Shown here piece by piece: positions 29,564-39,164 of a stretch of 64,000 bases of DNA. A program made the translations under genes and the position numbers. This stretch comes from Candidatus Cibiobacter qucibialis (GTDB lineage: Bacteria > Bacillota > Clostridia > Oscillospirales > Ruminococcaceae): assembly GCA_004000625.1 (NCBI GenBank), contig SAUS01000001.1, positions 3,639 to 67,638 on the forward strand, in the 5' to 3' direction. Every line of letters begins with the position of its first letter. Position 1 is the first letter of the stretch. A model generated the notes under the pieces. The model saw nothing but the letters and a program-made list of their open reading frames with translations. It ran no database searches and was not told the DNA's origin.

Positions 29564-30177
29564 CGCAAGAAAAAGAAACAAACCGGCAAGCAGAACAGGG
29601 AAAAGCAGAAACCGAAATTCCCTGCGCGGTCTGCCGGGATTTGATCCCGCTGGTGCAGGATGGCGTTGCCAGCCCGGAAAGTGAAGCGCTGGTAAAAGCC
29701 CACCTGCAAACCTGCCCGGAATGCCGCACCCTGTGGCAGGCGGGCGGCGGGCAGGCCCTGCCACAAAGCCTGCCCGCACCCGATGATGCCCGCCTGCTGC
29801 AAAAGATCCGCCACAAATACAATACCGGCCTGCTGATGTTTGCAGCGCTGGGCATGGGCTTTGGGGTGCTGACAAGTTACGGCGAACATTCCAACTGGAT
29901 CATCCTGATTTTCCCGTTCGTGTGCGCCGCGGCAGTGTACCAGGACCCCCAGATGTGGAAATTGCTGCTGGCAGTGGGGGAGGGCATTGCCCTTTGCGCG
30001 CTGCTGCGGACCTTCGTGCGTTATTGGCAGTATGGGGCCACCCTGATGGAGTACCCGGTTACCCTAATTGTGTACAGCGTTTTTATGCTGGGGCTGTGCG
30101 GCGTTGGCTGCCTGATTGGCTGGCTGCTGAACTATGCCAGCGGGAAAGGAGAGAAAAAACATGAAAGTGAAAAGTAA
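29560..30177 (+). CDS. Membrane anti-sigma factor with N-terminal zinc-finger (zf-HC2: CxxC...HxxxCxxC)
   Basis: 4-nt overlap with sigma gene; CAVCRDLIP...HLQTCPECR; 3-4 C-terminal TM helices. Confidence 0.75.
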   Translation: MTQEKETNRQAEQGKAETEIPCAVCRDLIPLVQDGVASPESEALVKAHLQTCPECRTLWQAGGGQALPQSLPAPDDARLLQKIRHKYNTGLLMFAALGMGFGVLTSYGEHSNWIILIFPFVCAAAVYQDPQMWKLLLAVGEGIALCALLRTFVRYWQYGATLMEYPVTLIVYSVFMLGLCGVGCLIGWLLNYASGKGEKKHESEK

Positions 30178-30913
30178 GCGGAAGATGGCAGGCATTCTGG
30201 CGGCGGTGCTGATTGCTTTGGTGCTGCTGGCCTTTGACTGCATCAACGGCGACCCCATCAGCGAGCGCTGGGCCATGCACCGGGCCATACAGTTTGCGGA
30301 AAAACTTTACCCGGACCAGACTTTTACGGCAGAAAACGCAGGTTCGATGCGGGGATTCTGCTATACAACCAGAGTGCAGTCCCAGCAAAGCAAGGATACC
30401 TGGTTTTATGTGGAAACGCACTTTTGGCTTTTTACCAGTGATATCTATACGATCGACCACACCCAGTACATAGATGCGCGGCTTAATACATCTAATCGCA
30501 TGGAGCTGGAGGCGCAGGATGAGGTGGCACCGGTCCTGGTTGATGCTTTGTCGGAATACGACATTCCCTACGATGAAGCGGAGCAGTGCGTGATGGTGAT
30601 TCTGCCGTATGAATCAGGGAAAAATGCCTTTGATCTGGGCATGGAATACCAGCAGTGGCTGCCATTGGACGCCCCGTTTGAAAAAGACATTTTGCAGCAT
30701 ATACCGGCCAAACTGTGGGTCACGATTGAAACCACATCGCAGCCCCAGCAGGCGGATTTCCAGCCTGCCCTGCAAAAAATAAAAGCCGCCTGCGAAGCAA
30801 ACGGCTACCATTTTGCCACCTATAATGTGACCATGATCCAGCGGGATATCCCCTATGAGACCGCTCTTGCCCAATGCATAGAATCCGGCGATGTGGCGGC
30901 GGGGGAGATTTGA
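30161..30913 (+). CDS. Hypothetical membrane-anchored protein (signal anchor + ~220-aa extracytoplasmic domain), co-operonic with sigma/anti-sigma pair
   Basis: MKVKSKRKMAGILAAVLIALVLLAF signal anchor; overlaps anti-sigma stop; no recognisable catalytic motif. Confidence 0.55.
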   Translation: MKVKSKRKMAGILAAVLIALVLLAFDCINGDPISERWAMHRAIQFAEKLYPDQTFTAENAGSMRGFCYTTRVQSQQSKDTWFYVETHFWLFTSDIYTIDHTQYIDARLNTSNRMELEAQDEVAPVLVDALSEYDIPYDEAEQCVMVILPYESGKNAFDLGMEYQQWLPLDAPFEKDILQHIPAKLWVTIETTSQPQQADFQPALQKIKAACEANGYHFATYNVTMIQRDIPYETALAQCIESGDVAAGEI

Positions 30914-31023
30914 AGCATGATAATAAAGCCATCATTTACGGTGCGGTAGGGCGGGATGCCCTTATCCCGCCGTGGAGAAACTTTGCCGGTTGCGGCAAAC
31001 GCCGCAAATAATTTGTAGGGGAC

Positions 31024-31186
31024 GATGCTCGTCATCGTCCCGTGAACGAGCCGTGGCCAATCATTTACCCCCACATATGGCAAACGACCGCTGGCGCACA
31101 ATGTGCGCCCCTACGGGTGGGATGTATGGTAAATGATGATTGCGCGTTATAAAACGCGCTCTGTAGGGAACGGTCTTGATCGTTCC
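31024..31186. repeat. Cluster of four REP-like hairpin units (GTAGGGG-hairpin, inverted unit, GC hairpin, CTGTAGGG-hairpin)
   Basis: GACGATGCTCGTCATCGTCC, GGCGCACAATGTGCGCC, GCGCGTTATAAAACGCGC, GGAACGGTCTTGATCGTTCC; units shared with 2078-2100 and 51017-51042. Confidence 0.5.
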
Positions 31187-31232
31187 GAAAACCATAAATT
31201 AGATGTATGATGGAATATAATCCCCCTAAAAC

Positions 31233-31270
31233 TCAAAAAGGCTGCTCCTTCAACCGAAGAAGCAGCCTTT
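31233..31270 (-). terminator. Intrinsic terminator downstream of purB
   Basis: AAAGGCTGCTTCTTCGGTTGAAGGAGCAGCCTTTTTGAGT on the minus strand. Confidence 0.75.
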
Positions 31271-31329
31271 CGCTTATTCATCCAATCATGATGCTATCGT
31301 AATCTTATAATTCCTCAAGCCCAAATAAA

Positions 31330-32763
31330 TCAAACATTCAGCTCCACATGCTGGCCAAGATCCTCTTTGTTGGCGTCCAGCACGGGACGGATAACTTCGG
31401 CCAGGAACTCTTCCACCTGCTGCGGGGCGCGGCCGGTGAAATCTTCGGGGCTCAGCTCGGCCTCGATCTCCTCGCGGGTCAGACCGAATGCAGGGTCAGC
31501 TTCCACGCGGGCAATCATATCATTGGGCTTGCCCTCCTGCTTGACCACAGCGGCAGCGGCCACGGCGTGCTCGCGCAGGCGCTCGTGCAGCTCCTGGCGG
31601 TCGCCGCCTTTCTTGACGGCTTTCATCATGATGTTCTCGCTGGCCATGAACGGCAGCTCAGCCATCACGCGGCTGCGGACAACCTTGGGGTAAACCACCA
31701 GCCCGTCCGAAACATTCAGCAGAATGTTCAGGATGGCATCAGCGGCCAAAAAGCCCTCAGCCATGGCGATGCGCTTGTTGGCGGAATCGTCCAGCGTGCG
31801 CTCAAACCACTGGGTGCCGGCGGTGATGGCGGGGTTCAGCACATCCACCATCAGGTAGCGGGAAAGCGCGCAGATGCGTTCGCAGCGCATGGGGTTGCGC
31901 TTGTACGGCATGGCGGAAGAACCGATCTGGTTCTTTTCAAACGGCTCCTCCATCTCCTTAAAGTTGGCCAGCAGGCGGATGTCGGTGGCCATCTTCATGG
32001 CACTCTGGGCAAGACCGGCAATGGCGGAAAGCACATTGTAGTCCACCTTGCGGCTGTAGGTCTGGCCGCAGACGGGCACAACCTTGTCAAAGCCCATCTG
32101 GGCGCACACATCGGCTTCCACTGCCTTGACCTTGGCAGAATCGCCGTTGAACAGCTCAATAAAGCTGGCCTGGGTGCCGGTGGTACCCTTAACGCCGCGC
32201 AGGGCCAGCTGGCTGATCTGGTGGTCAATCTCCTGCAGGTCCATGTAGAACTCGTTCATCCACAGGGTAGCGCGCTTGCCAACGGTGGTCAGCTGGGCGG
32301 GCTGGCAGTGGGTGTAAGCCAGGCAGGGCATATCCTTGTACTGCTCGGCAAAATCGGCCAGGTTGGACAGCACGCCGATCAGCTTTTTGCGCACCAGCTG
32401 CAGGCCTTCGCGCATGATGATAACATCGGTGTTATCGCCAACATAGCAGCTGGTAGCACCCAGGTGGATGATACCCTTTGCCTTGGGGCACTGCAGGCCG
32501 TAAGCGTAAACATGGCTCATGACATCGTGGCGCACCAGCTTTTCGCGGGCAGTGGCTTCCTCGTAATTGATGTCGTCCTTGTGGGCTTCCAGCTCGGCAA
32601 TCTGTTCATCGGTAATGTCCAGGCCCTGCTTCTGCTCAGCCTTGGCCAGCGCAATCCACAGCCTGCGCCAGGTGCGGAACTTGTTATCGTCCGAGAAAGT
32701 ATACTGCATCTCATCGGAAGCATAACGGGTGGAAAACGGAGAAATATAACGATCATGTGCCAT
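31330..32763 (-). CDS. purB: Adenylosuccinate lyase PurB
   Basis: 477 aa; MAHDRYISPFSTRYAS...; fumarate-lyase signature GSSAMPYKRNP. Confidence 0.95.
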   Translation of the reverse strand: MAHDRYISPFSTRYASDEMQYTFSDDNKFRTWRRLWIALAKAEQKQGLDITDEQIAELEAHKDDINYEEATAREKLVRHDVMSHVYAYGLQCPKAKGIIHLGATSCYVGDNTDVIIMREGLQLVRKKLIGVLSNLADFAEQYKDMPCLAYTHCQPAQLTTVGKRATLWMNEFYMDLQEIDHQISQLALRGVKGTTGTQASFIELFNGDSAKVKAVEADVCAQMGFDKVVPVCGQTYSRKVDYNVLSAIAGLAQSAMKMATDIRLLANFKEMEEPFEKNQIGSSAMPYKRNPMRCERICALSRYLMVDVLNPAITAGTQWFERTLDDSANKRIAMAEGFLAADAILNILLNVSDGLVVYPKVVRSRVMAELPFMASENIMMKAVKKGGDRQELHERLREHAVAAAAVVKQEGKPNDMIARVEADPAFGLTREEIEAELSPEDFTGRAPQQVEEFLAEVIRPVLDANKEDLGQHVELNV

Positions 32764-32792
32764 TGGTCGGGTTTCCTTTCTTACAGCATGTC

Positions 32793-35700
32793 TTACAGTT
32801 TGAAGTAGTTCACGCCGCCTTCAAAAATCGGCTGGTACTTGTCGCCGGTAACGTTTTTGTACAGGCTGTCGCCGCTGCGCTCAGAATGGCCCATCTTGCC
32901 GAACACGCGGCCGTCCGGGCTGGTAATGCCCTCAATGGCCAGCACAGACCCGTTGGGGTTGTAGCGCATATCCATGGTGGGCACGCAGTTCAGGTCAACA
33001 TACTGGGTGGCAACCTGGCCGTTGTTGATCAGCTGCTGCAGCAGGCCGTCATTGCAGACAAAGCGGCCTTCGCCGTGGCTGATGGCGATCAGGTGTTCAT
33101 CATCCACATTGCATTCGCTCAGCCAGGGGCTCTTGTTGGAAGCTACGCGGGTGCGCACCAGCATGCTCTGGTGGCGGTGGATGGTGTTAAAGGTTAGGGT
33201 CGGGTCGTTCTCGGTAATTGGGCGGATCTCGCCATAAGGCACAAGGCCCAGCTTAATCAATGCCTGGAAGCCGTTGCAGATGCCGAGTGCCAGGCCGTCA
33301 CGCTGGTTCAGCAGACGGTTGACGGCATCGGCCACAGCGGGGTTGCGGAAGAACGCCGCAATGAACTTGGCGGAGCCGTCCGGCTCATCGCCGCCGGAAA
33401 AACCGCCCGGCAGCATCAGAATCTGGCTCTGGTCAATCTCTTTCACCAGGGCTTCGCAGCTGGCGGCAACGTCGGCGGGGGTCAGGTTCTTCAACACCAG
33501 AATGTGCGGGTCGCCACCGGCGCGGCGGAATGCGCGTGCAGTGTCGTATTCGCAGTTGGTACCGGGGAACACAGGGATGATAACGCGCGGGGTGGCCAGG
33601 CGCACAGCCGGGGCAACGCGCTGGAAGCAGTTGACCTTGTATTCCAGGGATTTGACTTCCTTGCCAGCCTTGAGGTAGGGGAAGACAGGCTGCAGCTTTG
33701 CTTCCCATACATCCTGCAGGTGCTGCAGGTCGATGTTTTCGCCGTTGACGTTGATGACGTAATCCACGGTGGTGGAACCGAGGAATTCACCGGCAGAAGC
33801 ATCCAGAAGCTCCAGAATAACTGCGCCATAGCAGGGCTTGAACAGGTCGTCCAGGTTGATATCGCGGCTCAGGGACAGGCCTACGTGGTTGCCGACGCAC
33901 ATCTTGAACAGTGCTTCGGCAATGCCGCCGTAACCCGGCGTTGCTGCGGCCAGCACCTTGCCTTCGTCGATCATCTGCTCCACGATCTTGTAGATGGAAA
34001 GCAGGCTGCCGATCTCCGGCATGCCGTCCTTGTACTGCGGCTTCAGGATGACAACAGAGCTGTTGGCTTTCTTGAACTCAGGGCTCATGACGTTGGCGGT
34101 GTTGCCAATGGCGGTGGCAAAGCTGACCAGCGTGGGGGGAACATCCAGGCCTTCAAAGCTGCCGGACATACTGTCCTTGCCGCCGATGGAAGCAATGCCA
34201 AGGCCCATCTGGGCATCCAGCGCGCCAAGCAGGGCGGCCAGCGGCTTGCCCCAGCGTTCGGGGGCAGTGTTCAGGTGCTCAAAATATTCCTGGAAAGTCA
34301 GGTACATATCCTTGTGGCGGAAACCGGCGCAAACCAGTTTGGTTACGCTTTCCACAACGGCCATGTAAGCGCCGCGGTAGGGGTCCGCTTCAGTCAGATA
34401 GGGGTTAAAGCCCCAGGCCATGCCGGAGCAGGTGGTGGTTTCGCCATCCACCGGCAGTTTGGCAGCCATGGCCATGGTGGGGGTCAACTGGTATTTACCG
34501 CCGTAAGGCATCAGCACGGTGGAAGCGCCGATGGTGGAGTCAAACCGCTCGCCCAGGCCTTTCTGGCTGCAAACGTTCAGGTCGCCAACCAGGTTTTCCA
34601 GCTTTTCGGCAAAGGTGGAACCGGCCCACTGGGGCTGCCATACCGTGCCGGGCAGAACATGCACATCGGCATGGCGCTCGGCACCGTTGGAGTTCAGGAA
34701 CTCGCGGGAAAGGTCCACGATGGCAACGCCGTTCCAGTTCTCGCGCATCCGCTTTTCCTCGGTAACGGTAGCAACCACGGTGGCTTCCAGGTTTTCCTCA
34801 TTGGCAAGGGCAATGAACTTTTCGGCATCCTCAGCGGCAACGGCAACAGCCATGCGCTCCTGGCTTTCGCTGATAGCCAGCTCGGTGCCATCCAGGCCCT
34901 CGTACTTCTTGGTAACTTTGTTCAGGTCAATGTTCAGGCCGTCGGCCAGCTCGCCGATGGCAACGGAAACGCCGCCTGCGCCAAAGTCGTTGCAGCGCTT
35001 GATCATGCAGCAGGCGTCCTCGCGGCGGAACAGGCGCTGCAGCTTACGCTCAATGGGGGCGTTGCCCTTCTGCACCTCAGCACCGCAGGTTTCCAGGCTG
35101 GTCAGCTTGTGGGCCTTGCTGGAGCCGGTAGCGCCGCCAATGCCGTCACGGCCGGTGCGGCCGCCCAGCAGGATGATCACATCGCCGGGCTGGGGCTCTT
35201 CGCGGCGGACATGGCTGGCCGGGGTAGCACCCACAACAGCGCCGATCTCCATACGCTTTGCCACATAGCCGGGGTGGTACAGTTCAGCAACCTGGCCGGT
35301 GGCAAGGCCGATCTGGTTGCCATAGCTGGAATAACCGGCAGCAGCAGTGGTAACCAGCTTGCGCTGGGGCAGCTTGCCGGGCATGGTTTCGGCAACCGGC
35401 TTGAGCGGGTCGCCTGCGCCAGTCACGCGCATGGCCTGGTAAACATAGCTGCGGCCGGACAGCGGGTCACGGATGGCACCGCCGATGCAGGTAGCAGCGC
35501 CGCCGAACGGCTCAATCTCAGTGGGATGGTTGTGGGTCTCGTTCTTGAAGAGGAACAGCCAATCCTGCAATTCGCCGTCCACATCGCACTTGATTTTGAC
35601 GGTGCAGGCATTGATCTCTTCGCTCTCGTCCAGGTTCTGCAGGATGCCGCGCTGTTTCAGGGCCTTGGCGCCGATGGTGGCCAGGTCCATCAGGGTGCGG

Positions 35701-36479
35701 TTCTTTTTATCGCGGCCGGTCTCGGCACGCAGGGCCATGTAACGGTCAAATGCAGCCTGCACAACTTCGTCGTCAATCTTGACATCGTTCAGGATGGTGC
35801 CGAAGGTGGTGTGACGGCAGTGGTCAGACCAGTAGGTATCGATCAGGCGGATTTCGGTAATGGTCGGGTCGCGCTGTTCAGATTTGAAGTAGTTCTGGCA
35901 GAACACAATGTCGGCGTGGTCCATGGCCAGGCCCTTTTCATTGCGGAAATTCTCCAACGCAGCGTCATCCAAAGCGCAGAAGCCGTTCAGGGTTTCCACA
36001 GCGGTGGGCACGGCAAATTCCATTTTCAGGGTATCGCGGGTGTCCAGGCTGGCCTCGCGGGCTTCCACCGGGTTGATGACGTACTTCTTGATGGCTTCCA
36101 GATCCTCTGCGCTCAGCTCGCCGTCCAGCAGGTAGATGCGGGCACTGCGCACAGACGGACGCTCGCCCTGGCTCAGCAGCTGGATACACTCGGAAGCAGA
36201 ATCTGCACGCTGGTCAAACTGGCCGGGCAGATACTCCACAGCAAACACCGTCTTGGCGGTGGGCAGCTCGGTATAGGTCACATCGACTGGCGGTTCGCTG
36301 AACACGGTGGGGATGGCTTTCTCAAACAGGTCGCGGTCAATGCCTTCCACATCATAGCGGTTCAACAGGCGCAGAGCTTTCAGGCCCTTAATGCCAACCA
36401 GCTCAACCAGTTCATGCTTCAGGCCCTGGGCTTCGCCGTCAAAGCCGGGCTTTTTTTCTACATAAATGCGGTAAACCAT
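32793..36479 (-). CDS. purL: Phosphoribosylformylglycinamidine synthase, single-chain large form (PurL/FGAM synthetase)
   Basis: 1228 aa with N-terminal PurS-like, central PurM-like duplicated domains and C-terminal glutaminase (GFSGGDEP...CNGFQ). Confidence 0.95.
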   Translation of the reverse strand: MVYRIYVEKKPGFDGEAQGLKHELVELVGIKGLKALRLLNRYDVEGIDRDLFEKAIPTVFSEPPVDVTYTELPTAKTVFAVEYLPGQFDQRADSASECIQLLSQGERPSVRSARIYLLDGELSAEDLEAIKKYVINPVEAREASLDTRDTLKMEFAVPTAVETLNGFCALDDAALENFRNEKGLAMDHADIVFCQNYFKSEQRDPTITEIRLIDTYWSDHCRHTTFGTILNDVKIDDEVVQAAFDRYMALRAETGRDKKNRTLMDLATIGAKALKQRGILQNLDESEEINACTVKIKCDVDGELQDWLFLFKNETHNHPTEIEPFGGAATCIGGAIRDPLSGRSYVYQAMRVTGAGDPLKPVAETMPGKLPQRKLVTTAAAGYSSYGNQIGLATGQVAELYHPGYVAKRMEIGAVVGATPASHVRREEPQPGDVIILLGGRTGRDGIGGATGSSKAHKLTSLETCGAEVQKGNAPIERKLQRLFRREDACCMIKRCNDFGAGGVSVAIGELADGLNIDLNKVTKKYEGLDGTELAISESQERMAVAVAAEDAEKFIALANEENLEATVVATVTEEKRMRENWNGVAIVDLSREFLNSNGAERHADVHVLPGTVWQPQWAGSTFAEKLENLVGDLNVCSQKGLGERFDSTIGASTVLMPYGGKYQLTPTMAMAAKLPVDGETTTCSGMAWGFNPYLTEADPYRGAYMAVVESVTKLVCAGFRHKDMYLTFQEYFEHLNTAPERWGKPLAALLGALDAQMGLGIASIGGKDSMSGSFEGLDVPPTLVSFATAIGNTANVMSPEFKKANSSVVILKPQYKDGMPEIGSLLSIYKIVEQMIDEGKVLAAATPGYGGIAEALFKMCVGNHVGLSLSRDINLDDLFKPCYGAVILELLDASAGEFLGSTTVDYVINVNGENIDLQHLQDVWEAKLQPVFPYLKAGKEVKSLEYKVNCFQRVAPAVRLATPRVIIPVFPGTNCEYDTARAFRRAGGDPHILVLKNLTPADVAASCEALVKEIDQSQILMLPGGFSGGDEPDGSAKFIAAFFRNPAVADAVNRLLNQRDGLALGICNGFQALIKLGLVPYGEIRPITENDPTLTFNTIHRHQSMLVRTRVASNKSPWLSECNVDDEHLIAISHGEGRFVCNDGLLQQLINNGQVATQYVDLNCVPTMDMRYNPNGSVLAIEGITSPDGRVFGKMGHSERSGDSLYKNVTGDKYQPIFEGGVNYFKL

Positions 36480-36485
36480 TCTTGT

Positions 36486-37784
36486 TTAACCCTCCTGTGC
36501 TTTCATTGCCGCAAGGGCACGGGCACCAATATCACTGCGGCGGTGCAGTTTGTCAAAATGGATGCAGTCAGCAGCGGCGTAAGCCTTTTTCAGGGCTTCG
36601 GGCAGGGTGGTGGCGGTTGCCGTTACACCCAGCACGCGGCCGCCGTTGGTAACCAGCTTGCCATCCTTGATGGCGGTACCGGCATGGTACACGGTCACAT
36701 CGGCAGCACCGGGCACCTGGCCATTCTCCAGGCCGGTGATCTCCTTGCCCTTTTCATAGGCAACGGGGTATCCGCCGGAAGCCAGCACCACACAGGCGGC
36801 AGCGCCATCGCTGAACTTGACCTCGGTCTTGTCCAGCGTGCCGTTGGTGCAGGCCTGCATCACGGTCAGCAGGTCGCTTTCCAGCAGGGGCAGCACTACC
36901 TGGGTTTCGGGGTCGCCAAAGCGGCAGTTGTATTCAATCACCTTGGGGCCGTCCGGGGTCAGCATCAGGCCAAAGTACAGGCAGCCCTTAAAGGGGCAAC
37001 CCTCTGCCTGCATGGCGGCAACCGTAGGCAGGAAAATCTTCTCCATGCACTCGGCGGCAATGGCGGGGGTGTAGCAGGGGTTGGGGGCAACGGTGCCCAT
37101 GCCGCCGGTGTTCAGGCCCTCGTCATGATCCAAAGCGCGCTTGTGGTCCATGCTGGAAACCATCGGCTTGACGGTTTTGCCATCACAGAAGGACAGCACG
37201 CTGACTTCCGGCCCGGTCAAAAATTCTTCCACCACAACATGGTTGCCGGAAGCGCCGAACTTTTTGTCCAGCATGATTTCCTTTACGCCATCGGCGGCTT
37301 CCTGCTCATTCTGGCAGATCAGCACGCCTTTGCCCAGCGCCAGGCCATCCGCCTTGATAACAACCGGGTACTTGCCCTTGCTGCGGATGTAATCCATCAC
37401 CTTGGCGGGGTCGTCAAAGGTTTCATAGCCGGCGGTGGGAATGCCGTATTTTTTCATCAGGTCCTTGCTGAACACCTTGCTGGCTTCAATGCGGGCGGCA
37501 GCGGCATCCGGGCCAAAAGCAGGGATGCCCACCTTGGCCAAAGCATCCACCATGCCAAGGGCAAGGGGATCGTCCTGTGCAACAACAACATAATCAAAGG
37601 CTTCTGCCTTGGCAAAGGCGACCATGGCGTCTACATCCGTTGCAGGGATGTTTTTGCAGGTGGCATCGTAACCAATGCCGCCGTTGCCAGGGGCACACCA
37701 GATATCGCCGCAGTCGGGGCTTTTTTTCAGCGCGCGGATAATGGCGTGTTCACGCCCGCCGCCGCCAACAACCAGAATTTTCAT
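36486..37784 (-). CDS. purD: Phosphoribosylamine--glycine ligase PurD
   Basis: MKILVVGGGGREHAI...; ATP-grasp; start at MKIL with RBS GGAG (the longer ORF reads into the AT-rich leader). Confidence 0.9.
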   Translation of the reverse strand: MKILVVGGGGREHAIIRALKKSPDCGDIWCAPGNGGIGYDATCKNIPATDVDAMVAFAKAEAFDYVVVAQDDPLALGMVDALAKVGIPAFGPDAAAARIEASKVFSKDLMKKYGIPTAGYETFDDPAKVMDYIRSKGKYPVVIKADGLALGKGVLICQNEQEAADGVKEIMLDKKFGASGNHVVVEEFLTGPEVSVLSFCDGKTVKPMVSSMDHKRALDHDEGLNTGGMGTVAPNPCYTPAIAAECMEKIFLPTVAAMQAEGCPFKGCLYFGLMLTPDGPKVIEYNCRFGDPETQVVLPLLESDLLTVMQACTNGTLDKTEVKFSDGAAACVVLASGGYPVAYEKGKEITGLENGQVPGAADVTVYHAGTAIKDGKLVTNGGRVLGVTATATTLPEALKKAYAAADCIHFDKLHRRSDIGARALAAMKAQEG

Positions 37785-37978
37785 GGCAAACTCCTTGTTG
37801 TAATAAATAAGAAAGAATAAATAATAAAGAATAATGAAGGTGTGCCGCATGCGGCACGGTTTTGGATATTAGAACTCTAATATTTTATAAGCGGTGCGCA
37901 GCGCCGCGGTCCACCTTCATTTTAATTATTTTTTATTAACTATTCTTTTCCCAATTTTTTTACGAAAAAATTGGGAAC
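37785..37978 (-). promoter_or_regulatory. Structured 194-nt spacer inside pur operon (purH|purD): three hairpins, ~85-bp inverted repeat, GC-palindrome followed by CU-rich tract
   Basis: CCCAATTTTTTCGTAAAAAAATTGGG, GGATATTAGAGTTCTAATATCC, GTGCCGCATGCGGCAC + TTCATTATTCTTTATTATTTATTC; candidate internal attenuator/terminator or processing site. Confidence 0.45.
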
Positions 37979-39160
37979 TTAGTGATGGAACAGCCGGATA
38001 CCACAGAACGCCATGGCAATGCCGTACTTGTTGCAGGTGGCAATAACCTGATCATCGCGGATGGAGCCGCCCGGCTGCACAATGGCGGTCACACCGCTGC
38101 GGCGGGCGCGCTCAATGTTGTCCCCAAAGGGGAAGAATGCATCACTGCCCAGGGCAACATTCGTTACCTTGCTCAGCCAGGCTTTCTTTTCCTCGGCAGT
38201 CAACGGGGCAGGCTGCACAGTAAAGGTTTCGGCCCAAACGTCATCCCCAATCACATCCTCCGGGGTATCGCCGATGTAAACATCAATCGCGTTATCGCGG
38301 TTGGGCTTGGCGATATCCTCGCGGAACGGCAGGTCCAGAACCTTGGGCATATGGCGCAGCTGCCAGTTGTCGGCTTTCTGGCCTGCCAGGCGGGTGCAGT
38401 GGATGCGGCTTTGCTGGCCTGCGCCCACACCGATGGTCTGGCCGTCCTGCACATAGCAGACGGAGTTGGACTGGGTGTATTTCAGCACGATCAGGCTCAT
38501 GATCAGATCGCGCTTCTGGGCATCGGTCACCGTCTTGTTCTCGGTTACAAAGTTTTGCAGCATGGTATCCACGCTGATCTCCAGATCCTGGCGGCCCTGC
38601 TCAAAGGTGACACCGAATACGGTGCGGCGCTCCAGCGGAGCGGGGATATAATCCGGATCAATGGCAACGATGTTGTAGTTGCCTTTCTTTTTGGATTTCA
38701 GCACTTCCAGGGCGTCGGCGTCATAGCCGGGGGCAATGATGCCGTCCGAAACTTCGTGCTGGATCAGCTTTGCGGTGGCAAGGTCGCACACATCAGACAG
38801 GGCGATCCAGTCACCAAAGCTGGACATGCGGTCCGCACCGCGGGCGCGGGCATAAGCGCAGGCCAGGGGAGAAAGCTCAGCCTCTGCACTAATATGATAC
38901 ATCTTTCTCAGCGTTTCGTCCAGTGGCAGGCCAATGGCGGCACCGGCGGGGGAAACATGCTTAAAGCTGGCAGCAGCAGGCTGGCCCAGGGCTTTTTTCA
39001 GGTCGCGCACCAGCTGGTAGCTGTTGAACGCATCCAGAAAGTTGATGTAGCCCGGCTTGCCATTCAAAATGGTAACGGGAAGATCAGAACCGTCTGCCAT
39101 AAAAATGCGGGCAGGCTTCTGGTTGGGGTTGGTGCCGTATTTCAGCTGGAATTCGTTCAT
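37979..39160 (-). CDS. purH: AICAR formyltransferase (PurH C-terminal AICARFT domain only; no MGS/IMP-cyclohydrolase domain)
   Basis: 393 aa beginning LKYGTNPNQ (AICARFT N-terminus); aligns to the formyltransferase half of bifunctional PurH. Confidence 0.8.
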   Translation of the reverse strand: MNEFQLKYGTNPNQKPARIFMADGSDLPVTILNGKPGYINFLDAFNSYQLVRDLKKALGQPAAASFKHVSPAGAAIGLPLDETLRKMYHISAEAELSPLACAYARARGADRMSSFGDWIALSDVCDLATAKLIQHEVSDGIIAPGYDADALEVLKSKKKGNYNIVAIDPDYIPAPLERRTVFGVTFEQGRQDLEISVDTMLQNFVTENKTVTDAQKRDLIMSLIVLKYTQSNSVCYVQDGQTIGVGAGQQSRIHCTRLAGQKADNWQLRHMPKVLDLPFREDIAKPNRDNAIDVYIGDTPEDVIGDDVWAETFTVQPAPLTAEEKKAWLSKVTNVALGSDAFFPFGDNIERARRSGVTAIVQPGGSIRDDQVIATCNKYGIAMAFCGIRLFHH

Positions 39161-39164
39161 AAGT

